Assembly: GCA_963849325.1 (NCBI GenBank)
Contig: CAWKHF010000011.1
Span: forward strand, 1-64,000
Direction of reading: 5' to 3'
Length of the DNA stretch: 64,000 nt
Source of the DNA: an uncultured Planctomycetota bacterium
GTDB taxonomy: Bacteria > Planctomycetota > Planctomycetia > Gemmatales > Gemmataceae
This document shows, one piece after another, positions 23,371 through 33,846 of the stretch. The position numbers were made by a program, and so were the translations under genes. Each line of letters begins with the position of its first letter. Position 1 is the first letter of the stretch. The notes beneath the pieces are model-generated. The model ran no database searches, was not told where the DNA came from, and worked only from the letters and a program-made list of their open reading frames with translations.

Positions 23371-26343
23371 TCAGCGCCAGTCGCCGGAGAGGATGAAGGC
23401 GGCCCAGTAGTACGGCGGCAGTCGGCCATCCTCCTTGCCCAGCCGTTCCTTCGGCACCTTCACGTCCACCATGCCGCGCTTGGTCCCTTCTTTCAGCATC
23501 CACAGCTGGGCCTGGCGCAGCGCCTCCAGCTTCGGCAGTTTCTTCTGCCACAGGTTCTCGTAGAAGCGTGTCAGCAGATCGCGCGTGGCCTGGTCATCGA
23601 CCTGCCATAAACTGGCGACGACACTGCGCGCCCCCGCCACCTGGAAGGCGCGCTGCAAGCCCAGCAAACCCTCCCCGCCGGCTTTCTCGCCCAGGCCCGT
23701 CTCGCAGGCCGACAGCGTTGCCAGCTCCACGCCGGTCAGGTCCAACGCCTCCACTTCCAACGCCGTCAGAATGCCGTCATCCTTGTCCGGCTCCGCCGGC
23801 CGGTTGGCCCCGGCCAGCACCAGGCCCGACAGCAATCCCGGATGAAAGCCGACCACGCCCCGGTCGCCGAACAGATTGTCGGCACTTGTCTCTTTGCTCC
23901 GCGACGCCGCGACGAGGGCGGACGCAGTTCCTTGTCGGCGAAGAAACCGTGCGTGGCGAAGTGCAGGTAGCGATGCGCCGGCGCTTGCTGACGGATCGCT
24001 TCCTCGGTCGCCTGCGCCTTGCGCAGCATCTTGACGCGGCCCTCGGGGAAGCGTTCCTCGAAGCTGTCGCGCACGGCCAGGATTTCGCCGCGCGTGCCGT
24101 CCAGAGGCGGCAGGGCGGCGAAGGCGCCGCGATGGGCGGCGGAGCGGCTGGTGGCGACCTCCACGGCGGCGCCCGGCGCCGCGCCGTAATCCACGTCTCC
24201 CACCAGGAGGAGCGATGGCTTGGCGTTGTCCTTGTTGAGGGGAGCGGACAGCAACTCGGGCAAGAGTTGCGGCACGGGCACGATGGCGAGGGCCATTTCT
24301 TCCAGCAGATACGAGTCCTTCTTGCTGCCGGGCAGGGCGGCGAAGGGCACGCTCGCCACGTCGCCATCCGGCGAAACCAGCACGATCTTCGCCCCTTGCA
24401 GGCGCTTCTCCAGCGGCTGCCACAGGAGTTGACGCACGGCGGCGCCGAGAACGTCGTCTCCCTCCGTACGGAAACGGCGCTGCAAGGCCAGCCGCCAGCG
24501 GTAGAGTGCTTCCTTGATGGCCGCAGTGGTGCCGAGGTCGACGCGCTCCAGGGCGTCGCGCCGCACCACGAAGGCGAGAAGACGCCGCTCCGTTTTCCAC
24601 TGTCCCTTCTTCTCCGCCGAGGGACTGCGATGAGTGTATTCGAGGAAGTCGAGCAGGACGGCGTCGGCGGGCAGGGTGGCTTGCAGCTGGGCCGGCTCCA
24701 GGTTCGCGCCGCTGTTGCTCCTTGCGGAACGCAGCACTGCGACCGGCCAGGTCTGCCTCCAGGCGTTCTTTCTTTTTGGTCAGTTCCTGCATCTGGAGGA
24801 GGCGGGCTTCCTGATGTTTGGGGTCGGTCGTGGCGAAGGCAAGGGAGGCCAGTTGCGCACAGACGCGATCGAGGACGGCGAAGTCACGGGCCAACTCGGG
24901 CTGCTGGCGTGCCAGGCGTTGCTGACGTTGGCGCCGACCGACGGTGCCTTTCCAGGCCAGCATCGGTTGATATTGTTGCTCGATGGTTGCTCGGGCTGGT
25001 GGCGCCAGAGAGAGGTAGTTGTCCAGCGTGAAACGCATGCTCTGGAGCATGGCGAGTTGCTGGCGTTGGGCTTGGACGACTGCGGCCAGTTCCAGGTTGT
25101 CGCACCCGATGGCGAGTGCCTGTCGCTGGAGTCGTTCCGCTCGCGGATGATCGCCCCTCAAGGAGGAGAGCAGGGCCAGGTTGTTCAGGCTGAGGGCGTA
25201 GAGGGGGTGCTTGTCGCCCAGCGCCTGCTTCCAGATGTCCGACGCCTGACGCAACAGCGGCTCGGCCTGGGCGTAGTCGCCCTGGGACTGGTACAGCAGG
25301 GCCAGGTTGTTGAGGCTGGTGGCGTAGTCGGGGTGCTGCTCGCCCAGCGCCTGCTTGCGGATCGACAGCGCCTGGTGGTACAGCGGTTCGACCTGGGCAT
25401 AAGCGCCCTGGTAGTAGTACAGCAGGGCCAGGTTATTCAGGCTGAGGGCGTAGGAGGGGTGCTTCTCGCCCAGCGACTGCTTCTGGATCGCCAGTGCCTG
25501 TCGGTACAGCGGCTCGGCCTGGGCGTAGTCGCCCTGGGAGGAGTACAGCAGGGCCAGGTTGTTCAGGCTGAGGGCGTAGTGGGGGTGCTTCTCGCCTCAG
25601 CGCCTGCTTGTAGATTTCCGCTGCCTGGCGGTACAGCGGTTCGGCCCTGGCGTAGTCTCCCATGTCTTGGTACAGCAGGGCCAGGTTGTTCAGGTCGGTG
25701 GCGTAGAGGGGATGCTTTTCGCCCAGCACCTGCTTGTCAATCGCCAGCGCCTGGCGGTACAGCGGTTCGGCCTTGGCGTAGTCGCCTTGGGAGCGATATA
25801 ACTCGGCTAGGTTGTTCAGACTGGTGGCGTAGTCGGGGTGCTTCGCGCCCAGCACCTCCTTGCGGATCGCCAGTGCCTGGCGGTACAGCGGTTCGGCCTT
25901 GGCATAGTCGCCCTGGGAATCGTACAGCAGGGCCAGGTGGTTCAGGCTGGAGGCGTAGGAGGGGTGCTTGTCGCCCAGCGACTGCTTTTTGATCGCCAAG
26001 GCCCGGCACAGAGCGGCTCGGCCCGGGCGTAGTCGCCCTGCGAACGATATAGCTTGGCCAGGTTGTGCAGGCTCGTGGCGTAATCGGGGTGCTTCTCGCC
26101 CAGCACTTGCTTGCGAATCTCCCGTACCTGCTGAGCCAGTACGACTGCCTCGCGGAAGTGCCCCTGCTGGTATAGTGCGATGACCTCCCCTTCCAGACGG
26201 TTCGCCTTCGCCAGTTGCTGACGCTGCTCGGCTGTCAGCGGTTCTTGCGGCGGCTCGGCGGGTAGCGGCGCCTGCATCATCCACGACGCTGCCACGACGG
26301 CCATGTACGAACGGAGCCAGCGAGCCAACAAATAGCGAGACAC
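23371..26343 (-). CDS. Signal peptide, TPR array and CHAT protease #2 (several frameshifts)
   Basis: GTG start after GGAGG; ...APLPA-EPPQEPLTAEQRQQL; 42-aa TPRs; LHFATHG and LSACETG; C-terminal residues identical to #1. Confidence 0.9.
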
Positions 26344-26418
26344 AACGTCCTCCAGCCAGGGTCCGCGGCCGTGTCGGCGAGACACGCCGAGTCCGGACGA
26401 GAGAGAAAAGGTCGCCCT

Positions 26419-26447
26419 ATTATCCGCGGCGGCATCGTCTCGTGCAA
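26419..26447 (-). promoter_or_regulatory. Putative sigma70 promoter TTGCAC-N17-GATAAT for CHAT #2
   Basis: Paralogous to 23281-23309. Confidence 0.7.
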
Positions 26448-26489
26448 GACACCGCCGCATGTCCGCCAACCTCGTCTACGTTCGGGCGG

Positions 26490-26518
26490 TTGACGCGCTC
26501 GAGGTTCTGCTATACCCT
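26490..26518 (+). promoter_or_regulatory. Putative divergent promoter TTGACG-N17-TACCCT for the kinase
   Basis: Back-to-back with the CHAT #2 promoter. Confidence 0.5.
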
Positions 26519-26541
26519 TGCGCCGAGGGAGACAATTGCCC

Positions 26542-28263
26542 ATGAAAGCGACGACCTGCCCGGACGATCATGAACTGCTGGCCGTGGCCACCGGCGAAGA
26601 CACCACCCCCGAGGTACGCGGCCATCTCGACGGCTGCACCGATTGTCGCGAGCGCCTGCAACAGCTGCAAGCCGAGGTATCGAACCTGCGCGATGTCCTC
26701 GGCGACCTGCCCCTGACGCGCTCCGACCCCGGCAACCTCGCCTCGTCCGCCGCCGGAGATGCCGCGCCCCTCGGCGATCGGCAAATACCTCGTTCGCCAC
26801 CTGCTCGGCGAGGGCGGACAGGCCGACGTTTACTGCGCCCTGCACCCCACCCTGGGCCGCGAGGTCGTCATCAAGCTGAGCCGGCGGCCGCTCGATCCGA
26901 GCGCGGCCGACCGCGATCGACTCCTGGCCGAGGGCAGGTTACTCGCCGAGTTGGACCATCCCTCTCTCTCGCGGATTTACGATCTCGATTTCCACGACGA
27001 TCGGCCGTTCCTGGTGATGGAATACGTTCGCGGCCGAACCGTGCGGCAGCACGCCCAGGAGCAGCGACCAACGCCGCGACAGGCGGCCGTGCTCGTCGCC
27101 GAGATGGCGCGCGCCCTCGCCGTCGCCCATCGCCGCGGCATCGTGCATCAGGATCTCAAGCCCCATAACGTCCTGCTCGACGAATCCGGGCGGCCGCGTG
27201 TCATCGACTTCGGCATGGCCCGCCTCGTCCACGGCTGGGCGGATCGACAGTCGCAGCCGGAGGGCGGCACGGCGGCGTACATGGCGCCGGAGCAGGCCCG
27301 TGGCGAGACCGAACGCATCGGCCCACGCAGCGACCTCTTCGCCCTGGGCGGCATCCTGTACTTCCTCCTCGTCGGCCAGGCGCCGTTTCGAGGACGAGAC
27401 TGGTTCGAGACGTTGGAGCAGGCCCGGCGCTGCGATTTCGACCGCTCGGCCCTGCGCACGGCGAAGGTGCCGCGACGACTGGAAGCGATCTGTCTGCGAG
27501 CGATGGCGCCGGAGCCGAGCGACCGCTACGCGCGGGCCGAGGACATGGCTGCGGACCTGGAGCGCTACGTCCGCCGGCCGCGTCGGACGGCGTTTCTCGT
27601 CGGCGCCGTGCTGCTGGCGTTGTTGGTGTGGCCGGCGTGGAAAGCACTGCGTTCCCGAACGGACATCGTTCCTCCGCAACCGCAGCCCGAGATTCGCTTG
27701 CCGGTGGAACCTCTGTCCCTGCGTCTGCACCGGGCGGGGAAATATGTGGAGCTGACAAACGCGCGGAAAGTGGCCAACATCGTCCCGCTCACCAGCGGCG
27801 ATGAATTGAGGGTCAGCGCTCCGGTTCCCGCCGGGCTGCACGCCTCCCTGTTCCTCATCGGCAGCACTGGCGAGGTCGAGCACCTCGCCAACGCTACCCC
27901 CGGCGAGGTGCTCTCCTATCCCGAGGGGGCCGGCGCAGTTCAAAGCGCCTGGACCATCGACCGGGGACGGAAGTGTTGCTGGTCTGCTGGCGGCGTTCCG
28001 GCCCGGTCGCGGTCGAGGAAGTCCGCGACTTGTGGGGGGACGCACCCTGGCCCTCTCTGCCCGCGTCCTCGGTGCTGCGACTCGACCGCGAAGGCGTCGA
28101 GGTTGTGCAGGCCCGCCGCTCCTTTGGAGCGACCATGATCCACAACGATCCCGAGGGCGACGTTCGCACGCGCCTCGAGAAGTTGCGGCTGCGGCTGCGC
28201 AAGCGCGTAGACTTTCTCGCCGGCATCGCCTTCGCCCACCAGGACGATCCCTCTTCTCCTTAG
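26542..28263 (+). CDS. ZAS/zf-HC2-like zinc finger, Ser/Thr kinase, TM and extracytoplasmic (DUF4384-like) domain (frameshifted)
   Basis: CPDDHELL...HLDGCTDC; GEGGQADVY, HQDLKPHN, DFG, GTAAYMAPE; TM FLVGAVLLALLVWPAW; PLTSGDELRV...LFLIGSTGEV. Confidence 0.85.
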
Positions 28264-28281
28264 AATTAGGGGCAAAGCTCT

Positions 28282-28356
28282 TCCGAGCCTGAAGCGTAAG
28301 CGAAGAGAACGACAACCGAAGGTTGTCGTTCTCTTCGCTTACGCTTCAGGCTCGGA
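28282..28356. repeat. REP doublet, family A; perfect 36-bp stem with GAA loop
   Basis: TCCGAGCCTGAAGCGTAAGCGAAGAGAACGACAACC-GAA-exact inverse. Confidence 0.92.
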
Positions 28357-28547
28357 GGCGTCTGTCATCGCTGCCGGTCGGGGGCCGTATCAGAGGGTGA
28401 ATCTGGCGGCGGACGCCAACAGGCTTGCGACTCCATCCGCCTCGACGGGCGGGGGGACAGACTTGTCCCTCTTTTCCTCATCGTGAGCTTGGCTACCCCG
28501 TACACTGTGCGGGAGCGTCCGCCTCATGCCCCAAAAGGAGCCGAGTC

Positions 28548-29588
28548 ATGTACAGTCGCACCCTTCCGAACCTGCTTCGCTACGTCGCTTCGCACACCAA
28601 CCGGCGCGGCCCGATCCGCCCAATCCCCGCCGCGAACGAGCCGGCTTTCCTGCCGGACAACGACGCCCTCGCCGACATGCTGCGCTCCGGGGGTTACCAG
28701 GTCGAGGTGCAGCGCTTCGGCGCCGGCGAAGCCACCTGCCTGATTTCGCTGGAGTCCGGCGACGAACGGTACATCGTCGAAGCGGAACTCAGTCCCGGTA
28801 CGAGCCGGATCTGGTTGGCGGCGCGCATCGGCATCGCGGACCTGCACCAGGCCGCCGCTCCGCTGCTGGCTCGACTGCTGGGCGAGAACGTCGGCATCAG
28901 CCCGCACTTCTTCGCCTACCGCGCCCGCGATCAACGTCTGCTGCTGCATGTTAGCTTGGAGAATCGTGACCTGACGCCGGTGCGCCTCCGCAACCACCTG
29001 GAGCGGTTGGCCAAGCGGATTCACGACACTCGGCCGGCCTGGGCCGCGCTGGTCCGGCACGAAGACGATGCGGCCGGCGCGGCCGCGATGAGCCGGCAGC
29101 ACAAGGAGGAAGATGTCGAGCGGACCTGGTGCTCGTTTACCTCCGTCGAGGGCAAGTTCCACGTTCAGCTCCCCGATGACCCCCGCATCGACACGCAAAG
29201 CCTGACCACGGACAAGGGGCCGATCGACCTGCACATCGTCTTCGCCGAGGAGCCGGGCGCGCGTGTCTCCTATGGTGTCTGCTACAGCGACCTGGACGGC
29301 TCGGCCCGCGCGGAGGGAGATCCCGCCGCCGAGGAAGTGTTGGCCCAGGCCCGGCAAGCGGTGGTCCAGCTCATGAACGGCAAGGTGCTCGAAGAGAGGC
29401 CAATCGCGCTGGAAGGTCATCCCGGCCTGGAGCTGATGGTCCACTCCGCCGAGAAGGGCGCCGCGGTGGCGCGGGTCTTCTGCATCGGCGACCGCTTCTT
29501 CCAGGTGTTGGCGGTGGGAGAGGACGTGAGCCTCTTTCAGCCGACGGTCCGGTCGTTCCTCGAATCGTTCCGCCTGATGCGCGAGTGA
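28548..29588 (+). CDS. Hypothetical two-domain protein (CesT/YbjN-like plus PsbP/DcrB-like)
   Basis: AGGAG RBS; LSPGTSRIWL...LLARLLGEN...LENRDLTPVRLRNHLE; FTSVEGKFHVQLP...LEGHPGLE...FLESFRL; fold names inferred by eye. Confidence 0.6.
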   Translation: MYSRTLPNLLRYVASHTNRRGPIRPIPAANEPAFLPDNDALADMLRSGGYQVEVQRFGAGEATCLISLESGDERYIVEAELSPGTSRIWLAARIGIADLHQAAAPLLARLLGENVGISPHFFAYRARDQRLLLHVSLENRDLTPVRLRNHLERLAKRIHDTRPAWAALVRHEDDAAGAAAMSRQHKEEDVERTWCSFTSVEGKFHVQLPDDPRIDTQSLTTDKGPIDLHIVFAEEPGARVSYGVCYSDLDGSARAEGDPAAEEVLAQARQAVVQLMNGKVLEERPIALEGHPGLELMVHSAEKGAAVARVFCIGDRFFQVLAVGEDVSLFQPTVRSFLESFRLMRE

Positions 29589-29691
29589 CGGGGCCGCACC
29601 CGGAAGGCGTGTCCCTTGCTCTTCCCCGCGATCGGCCGCGCGCCGGTCGCGGGGGCTTTCCTTCCGGCCGGAGACTCCTCATCCTCATCCC

Positions 29692-29720
29692 TTGACAGGC
29701 GCACCGCGGCGTCCTACCTT
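29692..29720 (+). promoter_or_regulatory. Putative sigma70 promoter TTGACA-N17-TACCTT
   Basis: Perfect -35 and canonical spacing upstream of 29798. Confidence 0.55.
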
Positions 29721-29797
29721 GGCGAGCGTGTGGTCCTTTCCCGTTCGCATTGCGGCAGATGAGAACTGCCCTATCTCACATCCGGAGGAAGTAACGA

Positions 29798-30592
29798 ATG
29801 AACGGAAGGAAGACGGGATGGCGGGCGCGTCTGCGTCGCCCCGCTGCGGTCGGCAGCCTGATGCTGGTGCTGGCCGGGGTGTTCGTGCTGGCGTCGCGCC
29901 CGGCCGGTCGGAACGAGGCGCGGGCGGAAGAGAAGGCCAACAAGGAAAAAGTCCGTGTCGGACCCGGCTTCTCCCAGGCCATCCTGGCCACGCAGCTGGC
30001 CATGCAAGGAGAGAAGCGGAAATCGCCGATCCTGATGCTCGCCGCGGCGGAGTTGGTGCGCGGGCTGAAGGCGAGCGATCGTTCGGCCAAGGACGCCCAA
30101 CTCCAGGGCGCGGAGGCCGCGACCTCCGACAAGGACGGTCTGACGCTCAGCGTGGCGGCGCTGGCCGACAAGGCCAAGACCTACGCCAAGGGTGACAAAG
30201 ACCTCAGCGCCCTGGTCGCCAAGCACGCCGAGCAATTGACCTCGCGCGGCCTGGATCCCACCGTTGGCGGGAGCCTGCCCTCCGTCCGCATCAAGGACAT
30301 CACCTACAAGATCCTGGGCGGCGGCCGAGTCGCCATGGATGGATCGGCCCGCATGAGGAACGTGCCCTTCGAGGCCGGCAAACTCGCCATCGTCGCGGCG
30401 GTCGGCGAGGTCTCCCTCGATAACCTGGTCGTCGAAGTCCACGACGCCAATGGCCGGATCATCGAGTCTCCCCCCGGCGTGAAGGGACGCTTCCTCGTCG
30501 CCTGGGTGCCCAGTCGCGCCGAGTCCGTCACCATCGTCGTACACAATGGCGGCGCCGAGCAGCGCGTGGCCCTCCTCGCCAACTGGGATTGA
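29798..30592 (+). CDS. Secreted hypothetical protein: helical domain, TSRG linker, beta-sandwich (PPC-like) domain
   Basis: GGAGG RBS, signal peptide, intact 264-aa ORF with GC3-rich codons. Confidence 0.7.
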   Translation: MNGRKTGWRARLRRPAAVGSLMLVLAGVFVLASRPAGRNEARAEEKANKEKVRVGPGFSQAILATQLAMQGEKRKSPILMLAAAELVRGLKASDRSAKDAQLQGAEAATSDKDGLTLSVAALADKAKTYAKGDKDLSALVAKHAEQLTSRGLDPTVGGSLPSVRIKDITYKILGGGRVAMDGSARMRNVPFEAGKLAIVAAVGEVSLDNLVVEVHDANGRIIESPPGVKGRFLVAWVPSRAESVTIVVHNGGAEQRVALLANWD

Positions 30593-30626
30593 TTCCACGG
30601 GACCCGCGTGCGCGCGAGGTTCTTTG

Positions 30627-30679
30627 CGAGCCTGAAGCGTAAGCGAAGAAGAGATTTCTTCGCTTACGCTTCAGGCTCG
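30627..30679. repeat. REP doublet, family A
   Basis: Same arm as 4035-4083. Confidence 0.9.
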
Positions 30680-30699
30680 AATCTTGACGGTTCACGATC

Positions 30700-31497
30700 A
30701 TGACCGTTCGTCTCCGGGAGAAGCGCTGTCTGATCGTCGGCGGCACGACCGGCCTCGGCCGAGCCGCGGCCCAGCGTTTCCTCGAAGAAGGGGCCCGGCT
30801 CGTCATCGCCGGCCGCTCGCCGGACAAGGGCGCCGAGGCGCTGGCGGTGTTGGCCGGGCTGGGTCCGGTAACATTCGTCGCCTGTGACGCGGCCGTGACG
30901 GCGCAGGTGGAACGCCTCTATGCCGAGACGGTGGCGTTTCTCGGCGGCCTGGACGTGCTCTATCACGTCGCGGGGATCAGCGGACGGCGCTACGGCGACG
31001 GGCCGTTGCACGAATGCACCGACGACGGCTGGCATGCCACGTTGACGGCGAACCTGACGAGCACCTTCCTGACCAATCGCGCTGCCGTGCGCTGCTTCCT
31101 CCACCAGAGCAGTCCGGGTGCTATCCTAAACATGGCGAGTGTGCTGGGCTTCGCGCCGGCCCCGCATCACTTCGATACCTATGCGTACACGGCCACCAAA
31201 GGCGGTATCCTGAGCATGAGCCGCCTCGCCGCCGCGCGCTACGCCCCGGACGGCATTCGCGTCAACGTCCTCGCTCCGGGGCTGATCGACACGCCGATGG
31301 CGGAGCGGGCCGTCGGCGACCCGGCCATCCGCCATTATCTGCGGACCAAGCAGCCGCTCCGCGCTGGGCCGGGCCGAGCGGAGGATTGCAGCGACGCCGC
31401 CGTCTTCCTGTGCAGCGACGCCGCTCGCTTCATCACCGGCGCCGTCCTGCCCGTCGATGGCGGTTGGTGCGTCAGCGAAGGACAGGTTCAAACGTAA
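30700..31497 (+). CDS. SDR family oxidoreductase
   Basis: GGTTGLG, YTATK, IRVNVLAPG, ITG..LPVDGG. Confidence 0.93.
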   Translation: MTVRLREKRCLIVGGTTGLGRAAAQRFLEEGARLVIAGRSPDKGAEALAVLAGLGPVTFVACDAAVTAQVERLYAETVAFLGGLDVLYHVAGISGRRYGDGPLHECTDDGWHATLTANLTSTFLTNRAAVRCFLHQSSPGAILNMASVLGFAPAPHHFDTYAYTATKGGILSMSRLAAARYAPDGIRVNVLAPGLIDTPMAERAVGDPAIRHYLRTKQPLRAGPGRAEDCSDAAVFLCSDAARFITGAVLPVDGGWCVSEGQVQT

Positions 31498-32692
31498 TGG
31501 GGAACGGAATGCCGGAACCGCGCGAAGAGATCGTCACCCAGCCGGAGGAGTTGGCCGCTTGTTGTGCTGAGTTGGCCCGTTGTTCGTGCTTCGGCTTCGA
31601 TACCGAGTTCGTCGGCGAGGACACCTATCACCCGAGCCTGTGTCTGGTGCAGGTGGCCACGCCCGACCGGCTCTTCCTCATCGACCCGCTCACGACCGGG
31701 CCGCTCGACGCCTTCTGGCAGCTGGTCGTCGATCCGGTGCGCGTGGTCGTGGTCCACGCCGGCCGCGAGGAAGTGCGACTATGCCGGTTGTGGACAGGAC
31801 AGACGCCCGGCAACCTGTTCGACCTGCAACTGGCGGCCGGACTGGCCGGATGGACCTATCCGCTGGGTCACGGCACGCTGGTCCATCAGGTGCTCGGCGT
31901 GCAGATGTCCAAGGGCGAGACGCTCACCGAATGGCGGCACCGGCCGCTGACGCCGGCACAGGTCCGCTACGCCTTCGACGACGTCCGTTACCTGCTGCCG
32001 GTTTGGCGGCGACTGTCGGCGCGGCTGGAGGAGTTGGGCCGAAGCGACTGGGCGCGCGAGGAGTTCGCCCGGTTAGCGACGAACGCGGCGCCGGAGGAAC
32101 CGGCAGCGGAGAAATGGCGCAAACTACGCGGCCTCGGGACGCTGGACCGCCGCCGCCTCGCCGTCGTCCGCGCCCTGTACAACTGGCGTGAAGAGACGGC
32201 CGCCCGCACCAATCGGCCCACGCGCACCATCGTCCGCGACGACCTGATCGTCGAGATCGCCCGCCGCAATCCGACGCGCGAGCGCGACTTGCAAGTGGTG
32301 CGCGGCCTGCCGCGGCGCGACCTGGAGGCGATCGTCCGTACGGTGGCCGAGGCGCGGGCTAGCCATCGAGGACTGCCCGGCCGTGTTCGGCCGCGAGCAG
32401 GATCCGCCGCAGGTAATGATGGTCTCCGCCGTGCTGTCGGCTGTGCTCGGCGATGTCTGCGCCGCCGCGGCCTGGCGGCGAACCTCGTCGCCAGCAACAA
32501 CGACGTCAAGCTGCTCGTGCGCGCCCGGCTGATCGGCCAGCCGTTGCCGGCTGAATCGCTGCTGACCGCCGGCTGGCGAAGCAGCCACATCCTGCCCGAC
32601 CTGCTCGCCGTGCTGGACGGACGGCGCTTCTGCGCATCGCCGACGTTGCGGCGGAGGCGCCATTCGACTACGCGGATTGGCACGCGAAATAG
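31497..32692 (+). CDS. rnd: Ribonuclease D (DEDDy exonuclease plus HRDC; 3' frameshifts)
   Basis: FDTEFVGEDTYHPSLCLVQVA, FDLQLAA, TEWRHRPLTPAQVRYAFDDV, HRDC-like WREETAARTNRP. Confidence 0.9.
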
Positions 32693-32754
32693 GCGAGCGG
32701 GGGGCGTCAGCCCCCTGTTGTTTCTCAACAGGGGGCTGACGCCCCCCGCTCGCC
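32692..32754. repeat. REP doublet, family B
   Basis: GGCGAGCGGGGGGCGTCAGCCCCCTGTTG, a short loop, then the inverse. Confidence 0.88.
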
Positions 32755-32821
32755 AAACGATATACTTGTCGATAGGCTAAACGCTGGATTTCGCGTTCTC
32801 CTGGCCCCGAGGAATGCCCCC

Positions 32822-33811
32822 GTGTCCGTTATCGCCACCGACAACCTCGTCAAGCATTACGGCCGCATCGAGGCGCTGCGGGGCGTCTCGCTGACCGTCC
32901 AGCGCGGCGAAATCTTCGGTCTGCTCGGCCAGAACGGCGCCGGCAAAACCACCCTCGTCAAGATCCTGCTCGGCATCACCACGCTGACCGACGGCCGCGC
33001 CCGCTTGCTCGATGAGCCGGTCGGCACTCCCGCCGTCCGGCGCCGCATCGGCTACCTGCCCGAAGACCATCGTTTCCCCGACTACCACTCCGGCGCCAGT
33101 CTGCTCGACTTCTATGGCGCTCTGCTCGACGTGCCCGCCGCCCAGCGGCACAAGCGCATCCCCCAAGTGCTGGAACTGGTCGGCCTCAAGGGCCGCATGC
33201 ACTACAAGATTCGTACCTACTCCAAGGGCATGAAGCAGCGCCTGGGCATTGCTCAGGCGCTGATGCACGAACCGGAGGTCATCTTCCTCGACGAGCCGAC
33301 CGACGGCGTCGATCCGGTTGGGCGCCGTCACATCCGCGACCTGATGCAAGCACTCAAGGGCGAGGGCAAGACCATCTTCCTCAACTCGCACCTGCTCGGC
33401 GAGGTCGAACAGGTGTGCGATCGGGTGGCCATCCTCCAGCGCGGCGACCTGATTCGCATCGGTGACATTGCCACCCTGACGCGGCAGAAGGGCTATTATC
33501 TCGTGGGCCTGGCCCCCGGGCAGGAGTTCCCGCGCGAGGACGTGGAACGCCAGGGTTATGCCGTCGCGCGGGACGGCGGCTTGTGGGAGATCGGACTCAA
33601 CGACGGACAGGCGATTGACCCGGTCGTCGAGCTGCTGCACAGCCGGGGTCTGAAGCTGCGTCATCTGGTCGAGAAGAGGCAAACCCTGGAAGACCTGTTC
33701 ATGGAAACGGTCGTCGAAGCCGAGCCGGGCGTGGACGACGCGGACGTACGGCGCTATCGCTCCGAGCGTGCCGGACCCGAGCGCGTCCGACGCCGGCCGG
33801 AGCGGCTGTGA
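32822..33811 (+). CDS. ABC-2 type transporter ATP-binding protein
   Basis: GQNGAGKTT, YSKGMKQR, FLDEPT, NSH. Confidence 0.95.
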   Translation: MSVIATDNLVKHYGRIEALRGVSLTVQRGEIFGLLGQNGAGKTTLVKILLGITTLTDGRARLLDEPVGTPAVRRRIGYLPEDHRFPDYHSGASLLDFYGALLDVPAAQRHKRIPQVLELVGLKGRMHYKIRTYSKGMKQRLGIAQALMHEPEVIFLDEPTDGVDPVGRRHIRDLMQALKGEGKTIFLNSHLLGEVEQVCDRVAILQRGDLIRIGDIATLTRQKGYYLVGLAPGQEFPREDVERQGYAVARDGGLWEIGLNDGQAIDPVVELLHSRGLKLRHLVEKRQTLEDLFMETVVEAEPGVDDADVRRYRSERAGPERVRRRPERL

Positions 33812-33846
33812 GCGCACGACCTCATCCTCCGAGCGAGCATTTAACC

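Noticed and set aside
19700-26120. Regular repeats as a CRISPR array
   Set aside because: They are 126-bp coding TPR units in frame, with no unique spacers and no cas genes
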